Assembly (NCBI GenBank): GCA_035221665.1
Contig: CM069145.1
Coordinates: forward strand, 14,942,001 to 15,006,000
Direction: 5' to 3'
Source of the DNA: Okamejei kenojei
Taxonomy: Eukaryota
DNA length: 64,000 bases
Positions within the stretch are counted from its first letter, which is position 1. Each line of letters starts with the position of its first letter. Made by a program: the position numbers and the translations under genes. The notes beneath the pieces were generated by a model that searched no databases, had not been told where the DNA came from, and was given only the letters and a program-made list of their open reading frames with translations. Below are positions 39,300 to 52,084 of the stretch, in pieces.

Positions 39300-39955
39300 T
39301 GCGGTTGTGGGGGAGGGGAAGAGGGGACGGTGAGGGGGAGGGGGAGAGAGGGGGAGGGTAGAGGGGGGGGAGGGGAAGGGGAAGGGGGAGGGGAGAGGGG
39401 GAAAGAGAGGGGGAGAAGGGGAAGGGGAGGGAGGAGGAGAGAGGGGAATGGGGAGAGAGGATTGGGAGGGGGGGAGTGCAGGAGAGAGAGAAGAGGAGAG
39501 TATTGGGAGGGAGGATGAGTGCGGGGAGAGGGGGGAGTTGGGGTAAGTCCAGAGAGGGTGGGGAGGAGGTGGTGGTTGAGCAGGAGGAGTGGTGGGGGGG
39601 GGCAGAGGGGGAAGGGAGAAAGAGGGAAGAGAGAGGGGGATAGGAGAGAGAGGAGGGAGAGATGGGGAAAGGGATAAAGGCATGGGGAGAAGGGGACGGC
39701 GAGGGGCGAGGGGAGGGGGAGTGTGAGTGAGGAGGGAAGTTGGAGGGGTGGTTGGGGGGAGAAGATAGGAGGAGGGGGAGAGAGGAGTAGGTGTTAGAGG
39801 AGAGGAGGGGAAATGGTGAATGGATGGTAGTGAGTTCGGAGAGAGAGTAGAGGGGGGGGGGAGAGGGGGGAGAGAGGAAGGAGGTAGAGAGGAGGGGAGC
39901 CGGGCGAGCGAGGGTGCTGCAAAAAGAAGAGAGAGCCCAGGGAGAGAGAGAGAGC
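39300..39955 (+). repeat. Polypurine (G/A) low-complexity tract
   Basis: About 650 bp almost entirely G and A on the + strand. Confidence 0.9.
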
Positions 39956-40599
39956 TGTAGTACAGGGCCCGACTAGTACAAAGCTCTCATGCTCTCAGAA
40001 GCTCTCTGGAAAGCCAAGCCGAGGCGTGAGAGTAATGTGTGTCGCTCTTTGCGACGTCATCACTCGGGTGCTCCTCAGCATCTCTCGGGTTCTCAATCCA
40101 GAGCCCTGGGGAGGGCTGCTGGGCGGCTGGGCTGTTGGAGGGACGGGGCGGGTCGGGGCGCTACCGCCAGCCACACTCGGGCACTCATTGGCATCTCTCG
40201 GGTTGGCCATCGGAGTGTGAGTTATGGTGGGGGCTGGCACGTAACTTGAAGCTCGTGGAAAACAGTGGCCAGAAGGCTGCGCCTTGAAAAATCTGCGCAG
40301 TTTGCCGTGAGGAGCAGAAGCATTGTGACATCATCAGCCCATTAGCTTCAGCTTCAGGTTGCTTTAGCGTCAGATTGGTGAAGAATTTTAAGAAATAACA
40401 GAAGAAATAATGAACAGATTTTCAGATGAGGCGATTTTCGACATCTACTGGAATGTAAAAATTTCACCATTAGACGTCTGGTTTTTGAGAAGATGTGATT
40501 CACAAGCAAGCAAATATAATAACGATCAGAGTTTTATAAGTAAATCTATATAACTAAAAGTCTCATCTTGACCACTTCCTGTTTGCACTGTATATTGAA

Positions 40600-42920
40600 A
40601 TTAAATGAAAATTAAGTGGATATTAAATGAAAATGCAATGAACTGTTGGAAATGAAAATGGAAATGAAAATGCAATGAACTGTTTCGTCTGCCCAGTGCT
40701 TGAAACTGTCATGGAAATGGAAATGAAATGAAAATGCAATGAGCTGTTCGGCCTACCCTGTGCTTTAAACTGCAAAGGAAATGGAAATTAAATGAAAATG
40801 CAATGAGCTTTTTGGCCTGCCCCGTGTTTGAAACTGCAATGGAAATTGAAATTAAATGAAAATGCAATGAGCTGTTTGGCCTGCCCTGTGCTTGAAACTA
40901 CAATGGAAATGGAAATGAAATGAAAATGCAATGAGCTGTTTTGCCTGCCCTATGCTTGAAACTGCAATGGAAATGGAAATGAAATGAAATTGCAATGAGC
41001 TCTTTGGCGTGCCCTAAGCATGAAACTGCAATGGAAATGAAAACGCAATGAGCTTTTTGGCCTGCCCCAAGCTTGAAACTGCAATGGAAATGAAATTAAA
41101 ATGCTATGAGCTCTTTGGCCTGCACTAAGCTTGAAACTGCAATGGAACTGGAAATTAAATGACAATGCAATGAGCTGTTTGGCCTACCCTGTGCTTGAAA
41201 CTGCAATGGAAATGGAAATGAAACAAAAATGCAATGAGCTGTTTGGCCTGCCCTGTGCTTGAAACTGCAATGGAAATGGAAATAAAATGAAATTGCAATG
41301 AGCTGTTTGGCCTACCCTTTGCTTGAAACTGCAATGGAAATGGAAATGAAATGAAAATGCAACGAGCCCTTTGGCCTGCCCTATGCTTGAAACTGCAGTG
41401 GAAATGGAAATGAAATGAAATGAAAATGCAATGAGCTGTTCAGCCTGCCCTGTGCTTGAAACTGCCATAGAAATGGAAATGAAATGATATGAAAATGCAA
41501 TGAACTGTTTGGCCTGCCCTGTGCTTGAAATTGCAATCATAGTATCATAGAAAGCAGGTGCAGGAGTAGGCCATTCAGCCCTACAAGCCTGCACCGCCAT
41601 TCAATATGATCATGGCTGATCATCCAACTCAGTATCCTGTACCTGCCTTCTCTCCATACCCCCTGATCCCTTTAGCCACAAGGGCCACATCTAGCTCCCT
41701 CTTAAATATAGCCAATGAACTGGCCTCAATTACCTTATGTGGTAGAGAATTCCACAGACTCACCACTCTCTGTGTGAAAAAGGATCTTCTCATCTCGGTC
41801 CTAAAAGACTTCTCCCTTATCCTTAAACTGGGACCCCTTGTTCTGGAGTTCCCCACATCGGGAACAATCTTCCTGCATCTAGCCTGTCCAACCCCTTTAG
41901 AATTTTGTAAGCCTCTATAAGATCCCCCCTCAATCTCCTAAATTCCAGCGAATACAAGATGAGTCTATCCAGTCTTTCTTCATATGGAAGTCCTGCCATC
42001 CCAGGAATCAGTCTGGTGAACCTTCTCTGTACTCCCTTTATGGCAAGAATGTCTTTCCTCAGATTAGGAGACCAAAACTGTACGCACTACTCCAGGTGTG
42101 GCCTCACTAAGACCCTGTACAACTTTAGTAGAACCTCCCTGCTCTTGTACTCAAATCCTTTTGCTATGAATGCCAACATACCATTTGCTTTCTTCACACC
42201 CTGCTGCACCTGAATGCCTACTTTCAATGACTGGTGTACCATGACACCCAGGTCTCATTGCATCTCCCCTTTTCCTAATCGGCTACCATTCAGATAATAA
42301 TCTACACTCCTGTTTTGCCGCCAAAGTGGATAACCTCACATTTATTCCACATTATACTGAATCTGCCATGCATTTGCCCACTCGCCCAACCTATCCAAGT
42401 CACCTTGCAGCCTCCTAGCATCCTCCTCACAGCTAACACTGCCCCCCAGCTTCGTGTCATCCACAAACTTGAAGATGTTGCATTCAATTCCCTCATCCAG
42501 ATCATTAATATATATTGTAAATAGCTGGGGTCCCAGCACTGAGCCTTGCGGTACCCCACTAGTCGCTGCCTGCCATTCTGAAAATGACCCGTTTACTCCT
42601 ACTCTTTGCAGTAATGGAAATGGAAATGAAATGAAATGAAAATGCAATGAGCTGTTCAGCCTGCCCTGTGCTTGAAACTGCAATTGAAATGGAAATGAAA
42701 TGAAATGAAAATGCAATGTGCTGTTTGGCCTGCCCTATGTTTGAAACTGCAATGGAAATGGAAATGAAATGAAATGAAAATGAAATGAGCTGTTTGGCCT
42801 GCTGTGTGCTTGAAATTGAAATGGAAAACGAAATGAAATTAAATGAAAATGAAATTAGTTGTTTGGCCTGCCCTGTGCTTGAAATTGAAATGGAAATGAA
42901 ATGGTTTGTTTGGCCTGCCT
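40600..42920. repeat. About 64-bp minisatellite (roughly 19 units) built on GAAAT pentamers
   Basis: Unit tgaaactgcaatggaaatggaaatgaaatgaaaatgcaatgagctgtttggcctgccctgtgct; split by a CR1. Confidence 0.9.
41538..42608 (-). mobile_element. CR1/HER1 LINE 3' fragment
   Basis: [40 protein letters not shown] through to the 3' tail. Confidence 0.95.
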
Positions 42921-43269
42921 GAAACCACTAATTTCGGTCCACAAGACCACTTTTAGTCGAGAAACCAGTCCCTTTTGCCCAAAATGTCCGTATTAGCCCA
43001 GGAGGAGCATTTTGGCCCAAAAGGTCTGTGCCAGGCCAGGAAAAGTCCAGAAAAGGTGCCTTTCACTGAGATCTCACTCAGATTTTTCTTAAGAGCCCCC
43101 TTCAGCCCATCAGGTTCATACTAGCCTAGGAGGAGCCCCTTCGGCCCATCAGAAAGACTTTCCTCCTTCATCGCTGTGATCTACAGAAAAAGATGAAAAA
43201 TGCCTAAAATTGATTCTCCACCTTCTCTCTCACAGAGTCTCTCACCTGTTTTGGGCAGAATTTCTGGCA

Positions 43270-43500
43270 GTTTCTGAGCTGCCAGCCCAGCAGGCATGAG
43301 TGGCTGAGCTGCCAGCCCACCAGGCCTGAGTAACTGAGCTGCCAGCCCACCAGGCTTGAGTGACTGAGCTACCAGCCCACCAGGCCTGAGTGACTGAGCT
43401 GCCAGCCCACCAGGCCTGAGTGACTGAGCTGCCAGCCCACCAGGCCTGAGTTACTGAGCTGCCAACCCACCAGGCCGGAGTGACTGAGATGCCAGCCCAA
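43270..43500. repeat. 30-bp minisatellite (about 8 units) in Helitron B
   Basis: Unit gactgagctgccagcccaccaggcctgagt. Confidence 0.9.
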
Positions 43501-43886
43501 GAATCCATTCGGCCCACAATGTTCATACTAGCCCTCTGGAAACCAGTCCCTCTGGCCCACAACACCCATACTAGCACTTCAGAAAGCCCCTCGCATATTG
43601 GAATTAGTGGAGAGGTGGAATATTGCATTGGGGTCCAGCCCTCCCATGTGAACATGGGAGTCAACGGGTTCCACTTAGTCCAGTAGATGATAAAGAGCAA
43701 ACAATGGAGACTACAAGGAAGAGATCTAGTTCTGTCAATAATCCAGATCTCAGTAAAGGAGTTGACAGTGATGTCATTCTAGAATTATCAGCAATCAAAT
43801 CAATGACTGATGCTGATAATCCTTTATTGAGTATGTTGATTGTGCTGATACCATAGCCTCACCTTCCAGTTTCTCTTGCTGAGGAT

Positions 43887-44114
43887 TGACACAAAAAGCT
43901 TCAGTAACTCAGCAGGTCAGACAGCATCTCTTGAGGAAAGGAACAGTGACATTTCGGGTTGAGAACCCTTCTTCAGATCCAGTCTGATGAATGGTCTAGA
44001 CCCAAAATGTCATGTATTCCTTTGCTCATGATATGTTGTCTGTCCCACTGAGTTACTCCAGCTTTTTGTGTCGATCTTTGGTTTAAACCAGAATCAGCAG
44101 TCCCTTCCTACACA
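43887..44114. mobile_element. Fold-back Penelope-derived mini-element
   Basis: Head-to-head terminal repeats centred near 43980. Confidence 0.75.
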
Positions 44115-44404
44115 TCCCCTTGCTATGACATCCATGAAATCAAATTGAGGAACTACACAACCTTACACTTCCTGCCATCCATCTTAACAGTTTTCCTAAA
44201 ATCCTCATGTGTGCAAATGATGTGAAAGTCTCACTTATGCAGAAATAAAATAAATCAAGTTAGTACAACAAAGTGCCACTGAGGTTAAAAGATCAGCCAT
44301 GATCTCATTGAATGGCAGGTCAGGCTAAGAGAGCCAATTAGTCTTCTCCTGTTTCTTCTTTGTCTTTTACATCTTAGTTTCAAATCTAGCAACTCTTGTG
44401 CTCA

Positions 44405-44830
44405 CAGGTGGCGCAGTGGTAGAGTTGCTGCCTCACAGAGCTTGCAGCGCCGAAAACCTTGGTTTGATCCTGAATACGGGTACTGTCAGTGCGGAGTTTG
44501 TACGTTCTCCCCGTGACCACGGGGATTTTCTCTGAGGTCTTCGGTTTCCTCCCACATAGGTACTCGAAAGTTTTCAACGTGTTGAAAATCCAGCGGCGAC
44601 CAGAACAAATTACGACTCTTTGGGCGACTACTCACGACCATACAGGCTTCACCCCGTGACATGTCACCAGGGTGTTGCCTGTATGGTCGTGGTCGTCTCC
44701 TCAGTCGCCCAAAGAGTGGTAGCATCTTTCTGGTCGCCGCTGAATTTTCAACATGTTAAAAAGTTTTGCCGACCTGCAATGACCTATGGCTGGTGCCGGC
44801 ATTATTATGCCCATTATTATCAGGCCCATT
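44405..44830 (+). mobile_element. HE1-like SINE 5' half fused to a Harbinger MITE remnant
   Basis: SINE runs to cctcccac (about 44557), then MITE-internal sequence like 35520-35600 ending caggccca-tta. Confidence 0.65.
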
Positions 44831-45595
44831 AATATGAGCTTTTGATAACAAAACTAGCTTTCAGCAATACATTGTAAAAGGTCAGGTCAGGTGGTTAGGA
44901 ATGCATCCAATTTATATGGGTGGGATGAATGTTGTAGGTAGACTCCACATAAAAATTGTTTGACCTAATTAATATTATAATATGTTTGGCACTCATCACA
45001 AACTCCCATTTGTCAGCCATTTATCTTCATCTCAAAATGTGACACACTGTAAATCATGTGGTGAATCTGAGTACAGGCTCCCACTGAGGTCCTACGAGCA
45101 AAATATGTTTTTAATAAATCATATCAAGCACAAAGGATAAAATCTACTGTTAAATTTGCATGTATTCGTCTTATGAAATGACTGGAGGGTGTCCAAGCGC
45201 ACTTTCAATTAGAAATCTATGTAAATTGTGTTGCTAATGAGGAATGTTTAATTTAATATGTAATACAAGGTGTCCTTTTTCCACCTGATAATATGTGTCT
45301 TTAAACATGTTACATTTAAGCACATCAACTTCCAGAACAGGCCTAAAAATAAATGTGATCTTACCCTCTTCTAAATTATGTTTGCCATAAAATGTCCAGA
45401 GAATGTACTTATGCTCAAGTTAATGGAATTCACAACATATGCACAATGAATCTGAACTCAAAATTATTACTGAATGAATTCACAATAATGCAACTCTCTT
45501 TTCAAAATACATCTCAAGCTAAATTTGATAATTCAGATATTAAATTGAATTGAATTGAATACAGTGATGTTCTTTGCTTGCATACTCAAGGTATG

Positions 45596-46467
45596 GGGGG
45601 GCGTGGCCATGAGGGGAGATGGTAGTCTGTTTGTCTTTCCATTCTTTTTGCTATTTTTAGTTTGTTAGAAGTTTGTTTTAATGTTCTTTGGTGTGTTTTA
45701 TGTGGGGGAGAGGGGATTGGGGGAAACCTTTTTTCAAATCCTTACCTTCCCGGAGATGTGATCATTTTTCGGATCACATTCTCCGGTCTCTGAAGCCTAC
45801 CATCGCCGGAGCTGGAAGCCTCCTCGGACTGTCGTGAGCCCCACCACAGGGCATGGACTTAACATCAGAACGGATCCCTTGCCTGGGATCGCTCCCACCA
45901 CGAACACTGCGGACTTTAACATCTAGGGCTCACAGTCTCAGGTGAGCCCTGAACCGGGAGCTCCAACGCCGTGGAAGGCTCGACCAGCCCCGACATGAGG
46001 TACGAACACCCGGCGCGGGGAAGCTGACATCCCCCCGATGCAGGAGTGGAGCGCCTCAACACCGGGGGCCCAAACGCCGGCTATGGGAGTCAAGATCGTC
46101 TCGTCAACGGGGGCTCAAGGCCAACACCGAGGAAGAGCTAGGGGAAGGACTTGAACTTTATTTTGCCTTCCACCACCGTGAGGAGTGTGTAGGAGTCACT
46201 GTGGTGGATGTTCAATGTTAAAATGTGTTTTGATTGTTCCGTTTCCGAGATGGATGCCGGAAGGCAGAGTGAACGCTGGCGCGATTAGCTGCAGCGTGTA
46301 TTGTGTATTGTTCATATCCTTACTATTTTTCTTTGTTTTGTTTCATTCCGCTTATATGTTTTGTAATCTGCTTACTAACTTTTGAAAGGCGTACTTGAGA
46401 GTCCTTTGAAAGGCGCCCCCCCCCCCCCCCCGTAAGTAGTAATGTAATAATAATAATAATAATAATA
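45596..46467 (+). mobile_element. Composite GC-rich retroelement with L2-like (aat)n tail
   Basis: Body related to 14655-15447; gtatg TSD; interrupts a repeat seen intact near 47940-48010. Confidence 0.55.
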
Positions 46468-46849
46468 GTATGCAAATAGTCACCATGTAAAGGCCGCTGA
46501 AAAATAGTTACAAAGTGCATTGTCGCATTACAATTAATTGGATTGTCAAGGTTTAACCTAGGTAAAACTTTCTCCCTTTTGATTTTCAATAAAGGTTGAG
46601 ATCATTTGCTTAAAGTTTACATGTCCTGAAGCTTAATTACTTTCTTCAAGGGTCAGGAGTATGGAAATTATTGGCAGCTTTCCCTATGTGTCACTGGTAT
46701 TTTAACAGAATTTTGAACACATTTGTAAGATTCGTGAAATTGATAACAGCCTGCATTCCCAAACTGTTATAAATTGTGTGCTGATACAGGTCCACCAGCA
46801 ATTTTATGTCACCTTATTCAGACTTCCACAGATTTTCTGGATTATTCGT

Positions 46850-47152
46850 TTTGCCAGACCGATAGGTCGGGGGGGAGATCCCCCCGTCACGGATACCATG
46901 TAATCCTGTGCTATGTGCCTCATGGTCGGATTGTTGGCAACTAAACTGTCTTCCCCACCTGGTTTGCCAGGTGAGGAGGGGCCTGTGGACCTCCAGCAGG
47001 ATCAAAAACTAGACCTGTCAAAGGGCGGATGAGCTCCTAGCGAGCCAATGGGCATCCACACTTCAGTAGAAGTCGCGATCACTTTCGTACATCGCATTGT
47101 AAGGCACCGTGCCCGTTGATGTTTTCAACGACGATGATGATAATGATGATGA
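46850..47152 (+). mobile_element. Short RTE-derived non-autonomous element
   Basis: Hairpin-rich, RTE 5' UTR-like sequence ending in (gat)n like the RTE at 37310. Confidence 0.45.
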
Positions 47153-48482
47153 ACAGAAGCAAGGTCCCCAAGAAGAGTCGAATGGTATCAGAATGGACTG
47201 CCTAGGCTGCCGGGGAGCGGGGATACCGGCCTGCAAAATCGGCCTCGGAAGTTGGCTATGGTAACAGATCTGCTGGCTCTGGCTGGGCCGGGGTTCCAGA
47301 GCCCCTACCGCAGGGGGGCAAATTTGACCCACCGATCAACCGCGGAAGAATCGATGAGGTTGAGATGGACCACCTCACACGGCCTAGGTGCCACATTTTC
47401 GGGGGGACTTCCGGGGAAGGATTTTGTGCGCTCTGTACTTAAGTTCGGATTAAAGGAGATGCTGGACCACTAGTTGTCGGAAAGTGAATGGTGGACCTGT
47501 ATTGCAAACAGGAAATGCTAGATTCTAGTTTTGGGTAAATTTCAACTTTGTTAGCCTTGAAGTCTCACTACATTATCGAGTGACATACATTTGTTGTGTG
47601 GACTTACTTTTTGCATTTCCAGTTGCAAGCTATTTGCAGAGTTCGTCTAGAATTTGCATTAATTATTTCTGGGGACTTTTGCACTTAAAATCTCAATGGA
47701 TTGTAAAATTAAGTTATAATCACAGTTTCAACCTGCTTATGGACTTTTAGCTGTTCTAATGCAGGCATAAGGTAAACAAAAACAAATATATGTTTCTGCA
47801 TCTAGTCTTTAAAATACATATTAATTTTCTTCGTATTAGACAACCTCTGAGTCCTTGATTTATATCAATGACATTGGGAAATTTACAGAATCTTTTAAAT
47901 TGAATTGAAAACTGTATTGTCACATGTGTCAAGTCACAGTGAAATTCTTTGCTTGCAAACCCAAATTATGCAAATAATCGTCATGTAAAGGCCGCAGACA
48001 AAGTTACAATGTAAACCACACCTGGTCCGCGTTTGCTCCCCCCCCCCCCTCACTCCCAGTCGTACCCCACGCCGGGTCCTCCTTTGGCCCCCCCACCCAC
48101 CCACCCACCCAAATTAGGAATATACTAATCTTTAAAGTGTAGGAATGGGGCAGAGGAGAGGAGCAGTGAGAACAACAGGATAGTCTAGGTCGGGAATGAG
48201 ATGAAAACAAATGCTGGAAATGTCAAGAGCTAAGAGTGTCAAGAGCTTTTAATGGTCAAATGCACCAGAATGGAACAACACAATCCTTACTTGCTACTGC
48301 TTTACAGGCACATTAACACAAAAACATAACAAATAAATATAAAATAAACAATAATACAACAAAATATCAATCAAATATCAAGGTAACTGGACCACAGTAG
48401 TACAAGCCAAAGTAGGAAGAATCTCGACCCGAAACGTCACCTATTCCTCTTCCCCAGAGATGCTGCCTGACCCGCTGAGTTG

Positions 48483-49132
48483 AGGGCCTGTCCCACTTAC
48501 GTGTCCTTAGCACACAAATTACGCAACCTCATGGTCGCGTTGAGCCACACCGATCCCGCGAAGGTAACGCGCGACTTCATTCGACCGCACAGCCGTCTGG
48601 AGTGAATGACGTCATTTGAAGATGGACACAACGCTGGAGTAACTCAGCGTGAGCGGCAGCATCTCTGGAGAGAAGCAATGAGTGATGTTTCATGTCGAGA
48701 CTCTTCTTCAGTCTGAAAAGAAGGATCTTGGCCCGAAGTGTCACCCATTGCTTCTCTCCTGATATGCTGCCGGTCCCGCTGAGTTACTCCTGCATTTTGT
48801 GTATACCTTCAATTTTCTTGGCCCCGCTCTGGAAGTAGAAGTGCGGGCGGATCCGGACCGCAATGGCCGTGAGCCCCAGGCCGAGTTCGGTGATCGTTTG
48901 CCTGCTTCTGCTGCTTTTGGAGGTGAGACATTGTGTCGCGCCAGGGTCTTGGGCCTGTCCCACTTTGGCTGTCAGTTCTGCGACAGGCCATTGGCGCGCA
49001 AAGATTTTGTTCGCCCTCCGCGAGTTTCTCAGTTGGACTGGCCCCGCGCGGCCATACGATGCCTGTGCGCCTCAATGAGACCACAAGGTCACGTAATTTG
49101 CGTGCCAAGGACACGTAAGTGGGACAGTCCCT
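48483..49132. mobile_element. Composite Harbinger MITE with Penelope fold-back cargo
   Basis: TIRs, TTG/TTA flanks, internal TIR at 48951, cargo at 48618-48810. Confidence 0.85.
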
Positions 49133-49748
49133 TTACTCATGCCTTTTGTGTATGTTTTCGATGTGAACTAACATCTGCAGTTCGTCCCTACACATAATGG
49201 AACCTATACAGTCCATAGTGGATTGTTCCTAAGGTATGGTTGTGCTTACGATTTTGCAGAGTGGTTCACGAGCCCAATGGTTGAATTGAAGAATCTGTTC
49301 TTGAATGTGAAGGTGACAACTCCCAGGATCCTGTAATTTCTTCTCAATGGTAGCAGCAAGTTGAGAGAAAAATACTGGGGTGATGTTAACACCCTTCTTC
49401 ATATAGCACTTCTTGATGATCCATTTGACGGTGGGAATGTCAATACTCATGAGAGACAAGGTAGGATGCAATGTCTTACAGGCCCTGCCAAAATGTCCAT
49501 GCGATCCTCTAGTTTAGATAGGAAGTGTCTCTTTGTTTGCTCAATTCCTTCCCGTGGTCATACCTGGAATTCTTATATGGACACATCAGACTTGAATGCC
49601 GAGATCTGGTCCTCAGTAGAATACAATACGATACGATGCAATACGATATGATATGACTTAATTTTTCCCAGGAGGGAAATCCCCAGGACTGTTGTTTCTA
49701 ATAAGACAGGGAACTCCAAAAGCTGTGTCTCTGTGAAGTACAGTAAGG

Positions 49749-49873
49749 TGTAGGAAGGAACTGCAGATGTTAGTTTAAAACGAAGACAAGCAGCAACTCT
49801 GGAGAGAAGGAATGGGCCTTTCACTCCAGAAATGTTGCCTGTCCTGCTGAGCTACTCCAGCTTTTTGTGTGTT
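49749..49873. mobile_element. Fold-back Penelope-derived mini-element
   Basis: 12-bp TSD agtacagtaagg at 49737-49748 and 49874-49885. Confidence 0.7.
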
Positions 49874-50535
49874 AGTACAGTAAGGAATCAGCTGGTGGCA
49901 AAGCAATTGAACTCCTGCAGCTTTCATCCTGGATAGCTGTATTCAAAAGTCATCAAGCACCCTAAATATATAAGGAAGCTTGTTTTTCAGCAGTGTATTC
50001 TGTGTAAAAATTCTGTGTGAATATCCAGTGTCTTTCTTCTCTAGTCATGTTCAGTCTTCTGTCTTTTAGTTACAGTTCCGTAGGTTCTTTGTTTTGTTAG
50101 TTATGAAATGTTCAATTTTTAGTTGAGGTCTGCCGATATTTTAATGCTTTGCTCTGATGCCGTATAACCGTTGTGCTTGAATAAAAGTGCTTGAAAAATG
50201 GTATTACTGGACTCGGCAAATCACTCAGAATGTAATGATTTAACACTAGTCCTGTTGAAGTCCTGGCCATGATGGAGTAGGCATCGGGGCACGCCATTGG
50301 CACAGTGTGCAACTCCGCCAATGCTAACTGGATATCAGCCTCGAGCGGCACAGCTCAGCCTGAGATCAGCATGGCTGATTCTAATAAAAGGCTACCTTTT
50401 AATCCCTAAAAATCATTAATGCTGCTTCTCAACACACAATTCCTGACCAGTGTATTCTGTTTTACTTCAGGCCTCCAGTGCCGGCAGCATAGTGCTTCTG
50501 GGAGGGAAATTATCAATTGAACAAACAGCCCATTA

Positions 50536-51377
50536 AGGGGCTGTCCCACTGTGGCGACCTAATCTGCAAGTTTAGAAGAGTTTGCCCTCGCTTCAAACTC
50601 GCAGCATGGTCGACACGTGGTCCTAGGAAGTCCTATGAGGTCACTGTAACTCTCCTTCATGCTCAAGGGAAGTTCCCGTATACTCGCGACCTCAGCTAGG
50701 TCTCGGAAAAATGTTTACCTTGTTGAAAGATTTTCTGCAAGTAAAAATTTGTTGGCATGGTTCTTTTTAACTCATTGTGCAGTGGTGTGGGGTCACTATT
50801 TAGTTACAGGCAATCAAGGGCAGTCGTAGGCAATCTCCTTCGCTGACCTGACCAGGCATTTTAATTGGCTCATTGGAGTTTTCAGGACCAAGGAAAACCG
50901 ACCGGTAATGTTAAATGCCCACTAAACTTGATTGAACGTGGTCTGACCTCTTAAAAGTGTCTCCACTCCTTCTCCACCCGTTCTCTCCCCGTTCTCTCCC
51001 CCTTCTCGCCCCTTCTCTCCCCGTCTCTCCCCTTCTCCCCACTTCTCCCCCCTCTCTCCCCTTCTCTCCCCTTCTCTCCCCCCCCTCCCCCTCCTCCGCC
51101 CCTCCACGCCATCTAAAGGACTTACTGTACACTGTACACTTTTACCTTCCTCTTCATCACAGATGTGAATTCCAGACAGCGCTCCCCCTGCTTTCCCTGG
51201 CCCCCGCCTTTGCGATGTGCTTGTGTGTGTGTGTGCGCGGTCGGTCGATCCGGCTCGCGGTTTCATCACTGACGGGTCGATCCAGCTCGAGGTTTTCCAA
51301 GCGAGTGCCCTCGAGCTTGAAGGTCAAAGACACTCTTCTGCACTCACGGATTAGGTCGCCATAGTGGGACAGCCCCT
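50536..51377. mobile_element. PIF/Harbinger-type MITE
   Basis: TIR AGGGGCTGTCCCACT, TTA TSD. Confidence 0.85.
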
Positions 51378-51399
51378 TTAAGTGTTTAAGTATTTCATA

Positions 51400-51625
51400 A
51401 AGTCATAAGGTCATAAGTGATAGGATGAGAATTAGGCCATTCAGCCCATCAAGGCTACTCCACCAATCAATCATCGCTGATCTATCTCTTCCTCCTGTCC
51501 TCATTCTCCTGCCTTCTCCCCATAACCCCTCACACCTGTACTAATCAAATAATATCTATCTCTGCCTTTAAAATAACTTGGCCTCTACTGCTTTCTGTGG
51601 CAATGAATTCCACAGATCTCCATCT
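51400..51625 (-). mobile_element. CR1/HER1 3' tail
   Basis: Same tail as at 17515. Confidence 0.8.
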
Positions 51626-52084
51626 TTCAAGCTATGTTTTTGGATTATACGTTGGCTCATTAACTCTAGTGTTAATGCCAGGTGTATTATGTATACCAAA
51701 AACTAGCTGTACATATTTCACCGGATTGGAAGTTATCAGTTTGATAATTTCAGTTCCATTTACATCATCATATTAACATTTTTAGTAATCTGCAAGAGCA
51801 AGGTCCTTTGCAGACTAAAGCAATTGTGTAATTTGTTAAGCTTGACCAGAGCATATTGTTAAATCTCATGTTGTTCAAAGAGCAACTGGGATGAAACAGA
51901 CCTTATTCTATCGATCTTACTCCCACTGTTCTTCTTATACTTGGAATTCCTATTACATCATTAATTCTGATTAATACCATAGAAGGTTAATTGCATAATC
52001 ACATTATATCACTTACAGATATACTATTTAGTTTGTTGTTCTCTCACTAAATGTATACCTAAATGACCTTAAAAATCTGGATTT

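Larger units (their letters stand above)
40545..43683 (+). mobile_element. Non-autonomous Helitron B
   Basis: 5' A|TCTATATAACTAAAAG; 3' degenerate hairpin gggagtc-aac-gggttcc then acttagtCCAG|T; no TSD. Confidence 0.75.
39977..43687 (-). mobile_element. Helitron-like element A (5' end split by Helitron B; 3' end not found)
   Basis: Removing B gives A|TCTATTTACTTATAAAACTCTGATC on the - strand; left boundary uncertain. Confidence 0.5.

Noticed and set aside
39294-39683. Proline-rich or Gly/Arg-rich ORFs
   Set aside because: Translation of the low-complexity purine tract.
40600-42920. CRISPR-like periodic array
   Set aside because: Units are contiguous with no unique spacers; no cas genes; eukaryotic context.
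43242-43700. 152-aa repetitive ORF (WWAGSSVTQA)n
   Set aside because: Produced by the 30-bp minisatellite inside Helitron B.
46850-46950. Second HDV-like ribozyme (has CTAA-ACTGTC)
   Set aside because: I could not build P1/P3/L3; the region folds as simple hairpins.
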